From Candidatus Hydrogenedentota bacterium (GTDB lineage: Bacteria > Hydrogenedentota > Hydrogenedentia > Hydrogenedentales > SLHB01), in NCBI GenBank assembly GCA_016215105.1, contig JACRLJ010000022.1, positions 3,407 through 67,406 of the forward strand: 64,000 nucleotides of DNA, in the 5' to 3' direction. The number at the start of each line of letters is the position of its first letter. Positions within the stretch are counted from its first letter, which is position 1. Of the stretch, positions 1 to 6,239 are shown in pieces. The position numbers and the translations under genes are program-made. The notes below the pieces were generated by a model. It searched no databases. It was not told where the DNA came from and saw nothing but the letters and a program-made list of their open reading frames with translations.

Positions 1-353
1 TGCCAGTATCCCGGCACCCATACCGCATTCTCGGCCGGGCGTGTTTCAATACGCATGACCTCTTTCTTGACCTCGGGGGGCGCCACTTTCACAAGGATTG
101 AGTCGATGATGTTGCCGGCGGAGTCCATGAGCGCCTCATGGCGGAATTGCGCCGGTTTGGTTGTCTCCTTCACAACCGTGACCTCCTTCGCCGCCGGAGT
201 TTCCACTGTCGTCTGCGTAACGACGGTTGCCGTTTCACCTGGCGCGGCGGGAGCCACGACGACCGTAGTCTCTGCCGACCAAGCGCTTACACAGGCGGCT
301 GAGCCCAAGGAAGCGGCGCACAAAATGGAACGAATCGATCTAAACCTCTTCAT
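1..353 (-). CDS. Secreted W-x-P-G-Y-W repeat protein, N-terminal part (gene runs off the left edge); paralog of 2149..3873
   Basis: Own translation from ATG at 353..351: MKRFRSIRSILCAASLGSAACVSAWSAE... (signal peptide), reaching VWVPGYW at the window edge. This is the same unit repeated in the 574-aa protein at 2149..3873. It is absent from the ORF track because no stop lies in the window. Confidence 0.6.
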   Translation of the reverse strand, partial: MKRFRSIRSILCAASLGSAACVSAWSAETTVVVAPAAPGETATVVTQTTVETPAAKEVTVVKETTKPAQFRHEALMDSAGNIIDSILVKVAPPEVKKEVMRIETRPAENAVWVPGYW

Positions 354-834
354 ACCTGTTCTCCTTTGTGACTGCGTCGGGAGAAAGTCATCACATAACC
401 TCTCCGGAACAACAGCACGATTTTGGGATTCAAAAACACGACACTTTTTCGATGCAAGCACGGGCTTCAAACGAGCGCGCCGCCCGTCGGCGCTTAGAAC
501 GATTAGAACGAAGGGTTGTCTCTAGTGAGCCGGTTTTTTCCGCGTTACCGAAATGTTGCTCGTGCGGCTTTCGCAATCTGACCTTGAGTCACGGGCGCTG
601 TAGCGTCGAGCGCAAAAGCGGCGCTCTTGGCCCGTGGAGCCTTTCGATATTCATCAACATTATTAAAGCAAACCCAGACATACCTTGGGTGAAGGGACGG
701 CAAAGATTTGGCAAGGAATCCATAATCCGCGCTGGCGCTCGTCATGGAAATCGCAGCGGCGACGGCCTATCGAGAGCCGTCCGCTGCGTTAGCAGGAGCC
801 CGACAGCGCCGTCCCGAAGCCGCGTCTATCTGCA

Positions 835-1056
835 TTAGCGTTTCAGGAGTGGAAAGGCCAACAACCCGGCGCCCACAACAATGGAGCCGGCGCCGACCCA
901 GACGGGGACATTGACCGTCTGTTTGTCTTTAATCGTCAGTTCGAGGGGGCCCAGCTTGGTCTCATGGGTTTCTTTGGTGTAGCTGAACTGGCCATACACC
1001 AGCCCCAGGATGCCGGCCACGATTAGCACGGCCGCCACTATGATATTTCCCTTCAT
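835..1056 (-). CDS. Small two-helix membrane protein (family not recognised with certainty)
   Basis: ORF 835..1089. The internal ATG gives MKGNIIVAAVLIVAGILGLVYG...VWVGAGSIVVGAGLLAFPLLKR: two hydrophobic helices around a polar loop. Confidence 0.5.
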   Translation of the reverse strand: MKGNIIVAAVLIVAGILGLVYGQFSYTKETHETKLGPLELTIKDKQTVNVPVWVGAGSIVVGAGLLAFPLLKR

Positions 1057-1130
1057 CTCTTCTCTCCAGTAGAGAATTCTACGAAACACTAACGTGGTCT
1101 ACACAGTGGGGACAGACGGGACAACGGCCA

Positions 1131-1257
1131 CTAGAGGTGCGGCCAGAAAGCCTCCACAAAGCAAAACTTCGCACGAACCAGCGCTGGTATTGAAAAACTT
1201 GCGGGTGCTTTCTGGCCGCGCCGCACCAAGAAGCCGACTCTTTGGCCGGATTCCTAG
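1131..1257 (+). repeat. CTAG-bounded MITE-like intergenic repeat, copy A (full length)
   Basis: CTAGAGGTGCGGCCAGAAAGC ... GCTTTCTGGCCGCGCCGCACCAAGAAGCCGACTCTTTGGCCGGATTCCTAG. Internal inverted repeat GGCCAGAAAGC (1141..1151) / GCTTTCTGGCC (1207..1217). Alignable to copies at 18030, 23769, 45163 and 58491. Confidence 0.8.
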
Positions 1258-1311
1258 TTACAGCGAGGTTACTCCGCCTGGCGCCCCGCGGCGCTCAACA
1301 TTCCATTGTCG

Positions 1312-1461
1312 CTACGCGATCCTTCGGCCTTGAATCACGCGAACCAGTATCACGATGACCGCGAGGACCAGAAGCGCGTGAATCAGACCGCCCATCGTGT
1401 ACGACGTGACCATGCCGAGGAGCCACATGATGATCAGGATAACCACTAATGTCTCTAACAT
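1312..1461 (-). CDS. lmo0937-family small membrane protein (49 aa, below ORF-track cutoff)
   Basis: Own translation: MLETLVVILIIMWLLGMVTSYTMGGLIHALLVLAVIVILVRVIQGRRIA, stop TAG 1314..1312. It has the characteristic GGLIH..L.V.AVIV...R..QGRR pattern. RBS AAAGGAG lies upstream. Confidence 0.8.
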   Translation of the reverse strand: MLETLVVILIIMWLLGMVTSYTMGGLIHALLVLAVIVILVRVIQGRRIA

Positions 1462-1593
1462 CGTTCTTCTCCTTTACCTGAATATATGTAATCCGAAGAG
1501 TCTCTGTGCCTCTTGAAGTTGGCTCAACGGACCGGTCGTCCGTGGCTTCAAAGGGCTTTCCGCCGATGCGTACTGCTATAGTCTTCCGTGTTT

Positions 1594-2001
1594 TCAACGA
1601 TTCGGATTTCCGCTAAACGACGCAGAAATGGTGTGACTTGTAGTCACTTTGGTGAACGTATAACGGCTCACGGCGCCCACGGACTTTCCGTCAACGAGCA
1701 CGTCCGCCACATGGTAGCCGCCGTTTGCATTGACCGTGAACGTCCGGCTGGCGCCGTATGGCACGCTTGTGCTGCCCGACGGATTAATTGAACCGCCCGC
1801 CTCCGCTGACGCCATGATCGAGTGCTGCCGTACTTCTCGATTGCCTTTGTCGTGCTGCGCGTTGTCAGCCGCGTTTTCAACGGCATGGCCGCCACTCTGT
1901 ATGTCTTTTCCCGCGCCCCTAAAGGTGTTACATCCGAGGGCGCCAATGCTTGTGATCGCGCATACCGCCAGCGCCACGGCCAATGCATTCAATGTCTTCA
2001 T
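1594..2001 (-). CDS. Lipoprotein: entericidin-like N-terminus fused to an InlB-B-repeat-like beta domain
   Basis: The N-terminus MKTLNALAVALAVCAITSIGALGCNTFRGAGKDIQSGGHAVENAA parallels the entericidin gene at 34921. The C-terminus GGSINPSGSTSVPYGASRTFTVNANGGYHVADVLVDGKSVGAVSRYTFTKVTTSHTISASF fits the divergent B-repeat pattern. Confidence 0.75.
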   Translation of the reverse strand: MKTLNALAVALAVCAITSIGALGCNTFRGAGKDIQSGGHAVENAADNAQHDKGNREVRQHSIMASAEAGGSINPSGSTSVPYGASRTFTVNANGGYHVADVLVDGKSVGAVSRYTFTKVTTSHTISASFSGNPNR

Positions 2002-2148
2002 CTTGATGTTCCTCTCATGTTGGGGCTAACCGCAGCCGTTGTCCTGCCAGGTAGCAACTCACCGGATGAAACGGACGCAACTTGTTCATCCGGCGATGTA
2101 GCGGCGATCAATTGGCGGCAAATTCCCGAGTGACTAAACGCAGTCACG

Positions 2149-3873
2149 TTACTTCCCGTTGGCTTTACCGCCTTTGTTGTCTTCTTTGTCAGGCGCCTGA
2201 CCCTGCTTGCCCTGTTTCTTTTTGCTGTTGTCAGACTGAGGCGCTTGGGTCTTGCTGTCCGGCTTCTGCGATTTCACCGCCTGATTCGGCGGCCCAGTTT
2301 TGGTTGGCTCGCGCTTAGGTTCCACCGCCTTTGGCCTGCCTTGAACCTGCGGGGGTTTGGAGGACTTGGCGTCCGGGGACTTAGAATTGTCTCTTAGCGC
2401 GATATTTGCTTGCGGAGCCGTTTTTCCCTGCTTCTTTTGGGATGCGGAGGTATCAGTCTTCGCCTCGACCTTCTGCGGCTTTACCTGCCGTTCCTTACCT
2501 GCTACTTGCGGTTTCGGCGCGACTGGTGCGGGCGGTGGAGTCTTCGCTCCCTGCGTCCTCTCCGTCAGCCTGGCGGCGACGGGCGACGCGGGCAACTGCA
2601 GTTTAACTGGCCGCGCGGTTTCAGGGGTCTCTTTTGTCTTTCCGGAGGCCGCCGGTAGCTTCTCCGCTATCGCGCGCTGGAATTGGAGTCCAATGACCTC
2701 TCGTCCGCGCGTCTGAAGCTGTTTGCGCTCGTCCATATTGACAGGCGTGAAACGCAGGGGCTGCGTCTTGCTCAGTACGGCGTCGGCGAGGCTTCTTCCG
2801 ATGATAACGTTCGCCGGGGCGCCAGCGGGTTGATTGTTGATGAAGTTGATCTGCAGAGCCAGCGTTTGGGGCGGGCGGGCGTCCACGTGCTCGCGGCGAT
2901 ATCTGAACAGATCGTTCGTATGCACGTCCCAGTCCGGGTCGCGCCGCATTTGTGTCGAGCGGTAGTGCATGTAAATGGGATCATCGCCGTACTGCATCGC
3001 CAACTTCGAGTGCCACGGATAGTAACCACGCCCTTCGTAGCGCGCGTCGTAGTAGTCCCCATAGTAATAACGGTTCGATCTCGGCTGCACGAAAAGGCTC
3101 GCGGCGATCGCGGCTAAGTCAATGATGGTGTTCGGCGAGTAGTAATAGCCGGAACGCGCGTAGACAGGCTGCTCATAGTACACTGGCGCGAACATGACAC
3201 CGCGATGGGTGATATCGTAATCCCAGTATCCCGGAACATAGACGTAACCTCTCGGTGTCCATGTGTAATGCGCGGGAGTCCAGACCCAGTCCGGCTGCTG
3301 CGCGACCCAATTCCCGGGCTGCCAGTCGTAGCGAGTCTGCTGCCAGACCCAGCAACCCGGCGTCCAAATGTGGCCTGGCCCCGGTGTGGGAGAACTGGGA
3401 CCGGCTTCGAGCGCTTTGGGTGGTGACGGCAAGTAGTCTACTTCGGTCCGGGCGGCGTCTCCCCAAAACCCCGAAATCCATTGCGAGCCGTTTCCGGCGG
3501 ACGCCCAATACCCGGGGACCCATTGGCGGCCTGGAGGAATGTCCCGCCAGACTCCGCTCGCCCATATGAAATCGCTTCGATCATCATCCCAGCTCCAATA
3601 TCCGGGAATCCACGCCACGTTGGCGCCTTCAGGCCGCTGGTCCGGAGGCAATTCCACAATGGGGTCGGGCGGGGCCTTTGTTATTACGACACTAGCCGAG
3701 GTCCCCGTCAGAGACGCCTCTGCGAAGGCCTCGTGAACCGGGCCGCGCGTCAGCACCTGTACGCCGGCTTCGGTTGTGGCTTCGCCCTGGGCAAAGGCTG
3801 CTACTCCCAGCAACAGGAGAGGTACAACCCATATTCCGAGGGCCGGTACGGCTATTCTCCTAGACGCTTTCAT
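2149..3873 (-). CDS. Secreted W-x-x-G-Y-W repeat protein with Lys/Pro/Gln-rich low-complexity C-terminus
   Basis: 574-aa ORF with a signal peptide (MKASRRIAVPALGIWVVPLLLLGVAAFAQGE). Repeated units: WIPGYWSW, WVPGYWAS, WISGFWG, WTPGCWVW, YVPGYWDY. The last ~200 aa are K/P/Q/A-rich. Confidence 0.8.
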   Translation of the reverse strand: MKASRRIAVPALGIWVVPLLLLGVAAFAQGEATTEAGVQVLTRGPVHEAFAEASLTGTSASVVITKAPPDPIVELPPDQRPEGANVAWIPGYWSWDDDRSDFIWASGVWRDIPPGRQWVPGYWASAGNGSQWISGFWGDAARTEVDYLPSPPKALEAGPSSPTPGPGHIWTPGCWVWQQTRYDWQPGNWVAQQPDWVWTPAHYTWTPRGYVYVPGYWDYDITHRGVMFAPVYYEQPVYARSGYYYSPNTIIDLAAIAASLFVQPRSNRYYYGDYYDARYEGRGYYPWHSKLAMQYGDDPIYMHYRSTQMRRDPDWDVHTNDLFRYRREHVDARPPQTLALQINFINNQPAGAPANVIIGRSLADAVLSKTQPLRFTPVNMDERKQLQTRGREVIGLQFQRAIAEKLPAASGKTKETPETARPVKLQLPASPVAARLTERTQGAKTPPPAPVAPKPQVAGKERQVKPQKVEAKTDTSASQKKQGKTAPQANIALRDNSKSPDAKSSKPPQVQGRPKAVEPKREPTKTGPPNQAVKSQKPDSKTQAPQSDNSKKKQGKQGQAPDKEDNKGGKANGK

Positions 3874-4092
3874 GTTTATGTTCCTTTCATTGTGCGCCTG
3901 ATGGCTTGTCCGCCATCATTCAAATCCCAACCAGGGTGCAAGGACGCGGCCAAGTCCCAGCCATCGCATTCTTCCATCCTGTCCTCTTGTGAGCGAGCAA
4001 AAAACCAAAGCACCCTTTGCAGGTTGCGGGCTTCTTCTTCCTTGGTAAACGACTTAGCCAACGTCATTCCTGGTTCCTTTCGGTCCGTTGGT

Positions 4093-4545
4093 CTAGCACG
4101 ACGTTCGGTTATGCGCCATCCAGTATTGGCCAACGGTTTCCACAACGGTCTGAAAGTCGGGATAGCTCAGGGGCTTTATGATGTAGCTGTTTGCGCCGCA
4201 GCGATAGCTCTTTGAAATATCGCCGGCGGATTGGGAATCCGTGAATATGACCACGGGCGTGAGTGTAAGGGCGTCTTGCGGCTCGATGGACCGTATTTGG
4301 CCGAGTACAGAAAACCCGTCCGCTCCCGGCAGCGCCAAGTCCAGTAGGATCAGTCTGGGGGGATCCTCCCCAGCACGATCCGTCCACGCTTTGCGACTAA
4401 AAAGGAAGTCGAGCGCCTCTGTCCCGTCCTTAACAGCGATAACCAGTACGTCGGGTATGGCCTTTTGCAGCGTGTGTACGATTGATGCGCGCTGGCTGTC
4501 GTTATCTTCCACGACGAGGATGTCTACCGGCTCAAGTTGTGTCAC
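4093..4545 (-). CDS. Single-domain response regulator (receiver only)
   Basis: DILVVEDNDSQ ... LILLDLALPGADGF ... PVVIFTDS ... ANSYIIKP: acidic pocket, phospho-Asp and conserved Lys context. No output domain. Confidence 0.9.
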   Translation of the reverse strand: MTQLEPVDILVVEDNDSQRASIVHTLQKAIPDVLVIAVKDGTEALDFLFSRKAWTDRAGEDPPRLILLDLALPGADGFSVLGQIRSIEPQDALTLTPVVIFTDSQSAGDISKSYRCGANSYIIKPLSYPDFQTVVETVGQYWMAHNRTSC

Positions 4546-4622
4546 GAGAGTTGCCTTGTCTGTTTGAGGAACCTGCTGACATCATTCTTCTGCGTGTTCA
4601 TATCATGAAGGTAGCAGTCCGA

Positions 4623-4662
4623 GATAAAGATTTGGCAAAGCTGCGGCAAAGGTTAGGCAATC
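4623..4662 (-). promoter_or_regulatory. Phased 11-bp direct-repeat array (4 units) upstream of receiver gene 4545
   Basis: Minus-strand units start at 4662, 4651, 4640, 4629: GATTGC, CTTTGC, CTTTGC, CTTTAT, with exact 11-bp spacing. A -10-like TGATAT (minus, 4605..4600) follows. Confidence 0.6.
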
Positions 4663-4799
4663 TACGCGCGGCGCCGGAAGAATCCTTCCGCCACAGACGC
4701 GGATGCGTGTTTTTCACGACGACGAACTCCTGACCGTGATTGATTCCGGCGCTACGCGGGCCACGCTCGTCTGGGAAGAGGCTCCGAGTTATACGAAAG

Positions 4800-4821
4800 C
4801 TTTACTGTCACTTTGCCTGCG
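4800..4821 (+). promoter_or_regulatory. Phased direct repeats (2 units) upstream of small ORF 4928
   Basis: CTTTAC at 4800 and CTTTGC at 4811, 11 bp apart. Confidence 0.4.
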
Positions 4822-4927
4822 CGACTTGTTGTGTTGCTATCCTCGAGAGGTGCTTGGCATGCCGCCAACACACAAAGATGGACGCTCGGGCGCGATAGCG
4901 CCTCAGCGCAAGCATAGGAGAAAGCAG

Positions 4928-5029
4928 ATGAGACACCTAAAGTCAGTCGCAATCGCGAAGGCCAACTCATGGAATGATTTCTGGAACAGCGTTGGAGACA
5001 CGTGGCGGAACATCTTTGGCAAGAACTGA
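4928..5029 (+). CDS. Candidate 33-aa protein
   Basis: ATG is preceded by AGGAG with a 7-nt spacer. Product: MRHLKSVAIAKANSWNDFWNSVGDTWRNIFGKN. Bracketed by a repeat array upstream and a 12-bp-stem hairpin downstream. No family recognised. Confidence 0.35.
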   Translation: MRHLKSVAIAKANSWNDFWNSVGDTWRNIFGKN

Positions 5030-5074
5030 TAGACGCGCCGGGTTAGTTCTCATAGAACGGTCCTGGCGCTTTTC

Positions 5075-5114
5075 CAACGGCTGCCGCCGCTGGCGTTTGC
5101 GACGGCAGCCGTTG
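5075..5114 (+). terminator. Stem-loop after small ORF
   Basis: CAACGGCTGCCG (5075..5086) pairs with CGGCAGCCGTTG (5103..5114). A short T-containing tail follows. Confidence 0.4.
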
Positions 5115-5140
5115 TGAGTTTCGGTCCGTTGCATTGATGT

Positions 5141-5190
5141 CTTTGCTAAAGCTTTACCAGGCCTTTGCCTAAGTCTTACGTGAACTTGCC
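5141..5190 (+). promoter_or_regulatory. Phased 11-bp direct-repeat array (4-5 units) upstream of DUF3309 gene
   Basis: Units at 5141, 5152, 5163, 5174: CTTTGC, CTTTAC, CTTTGC, TCTTAC, then CTTGCC at 5185. -10-like GATACT at 5196..5201. Confidence 0.65.
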
Positions 5191-5280
5191 AAGCTGATAC
5201 TGAAGAAGTTGCCAATGGTGGCTGTGGTGTTCACGGCGGCCGGGTTTACGGGGTATTGACCCCGAAAAGGAGTTTTTGCC

Positions 5281-5445
5281 ATGGGTTTGATCTTGCTAAT
5301 CATCGTGATCGTGCTGCTCGTGGGCGCTGCACCCACTTGGCCGCACAGCCGGAGTTGGGGCTATGGCCCCAGCGGCGGTTTGGGACTCGTGTTGGCGATT
5401 GTGGTGGTGCTCTTGCTCTTGGGATACCTCCCTCGTAGCTTCTAG
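5281..5445 (+). CDS. DUF3309-family small membrane protein (54 aa, below ORF-track cutoff)
   Basis: Own translation: MGLILLIIVIVLLVGAAPTWPHSRSWGYGPSGGLGLVLAIVVVLLLLGYLPRSF. It contains the typical P.W..SR.WGY.PSGGLG core. Confidence 0.8.
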   Translation: MGLILLIIVIVLLVGAAPTWPHSRSWGYGPSGGLGLVLAIVVVLLLLGYLPRSF

Positions 5446-5646
5446 ATGGGGTATATCGCATGCGGTCCGGGTAGCGCTTGCCTCATCCACGCAGGGATGG
5501 CAGTACGCCCGGATCGCTTCCCGAGTTGCCTACGATGAGGCGAATTCAGCCGACGCAGGCCGGAACGAGTGCCACGGTTTCATCATCGCTTTCGTTGCTC
5601 GATAGCCGAGCTTACGGTGTCACATTGCCAGACAAGGTAACTAGAA

Positions 5647-6048
5647 ATGAAACACATCTGCGCCGCTATCGTGATTGGAGCATTGGCAGTCCTGGTGGGC
5701 TGCGATCAGGGCGTCTTGGGTGGCTTTGGCGCTTCGAAGACGCGTCCCAAGCAAGACACGGCGGCCTTGAGCGACGCCTCCAAGGCAAAGTGGAACGATT
5801 ACGCGAGCGAGATGCAGAAGCGGTTGGAGCAATTCTCGGCACAATACGCGGAACTGAGGGATCGCGCCGCCAAGGCCGAGGGGCAAGCCAAGACGGATCT
5901 CGATACGAAACTCGCGGAAGCGAAGACGAAGCGGGACGCGGCCGCCATCAAGCTTGACGAACTGAAATCAGCTGGCGCTGACCGCTGGGAAAAGGTCAAG
6001 GTAGGAGTCGAGGCGGCTTTCGACGACCTGAAAAAGATTTTTGAATGA
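5647..6048 (+). CDS. Coiled-coil lipoprotein, unknown function
   Basis: Lipobox MKHICAAIVIGALAVLVGC, followed by a charged helical sequence. Confidence 0.6.
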   Translation: MKHICAAIVIGALAVLVGCDQGVLGGFGASKTRPKQDTAALSDASKAKWNDYASEMQKRLEQFSAQYAELRDRAAKAEGQAKTDLDTKLAEAKTKRDAAAIKLDELKSAGADRWEKVKVGVEAAFDDLKKIFE

Positions 6049-6239
6049 CCGTCCTGGGAAGGGCGACACCGACAAGGATCCATGGAAGAAGTGTGGAGCG
6101 TAAAGAAGAGCAATTGCGGGATCATTGGTCGCTTATGAATATTGGAATTCGCGTCGCGGTCATGCCATTCGCTCATGACTTCCCATGCGGTTACAGGCCG
6201 GTCCACCCGGAATATCCCGGCGTCAGGTAGAGGCTAAGC

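Noticed and set aside
55-838. Two overlapping 156-aa plus-strand ORFs at the left edge
   Set aside because: The first is antisense to the partial W-x-P-G-Y-W protein gene. The second has no RBS or domain signal. I left 354..834 unannotated.
2105-2145. Possible repeat array upstream of the entericidin-fusion gene
   Set aside because: The minus strand has TTTAGT and TTTGCC, but they are 15-16 bp apart rather than 11, and there are only two units. Not counted as an instance.
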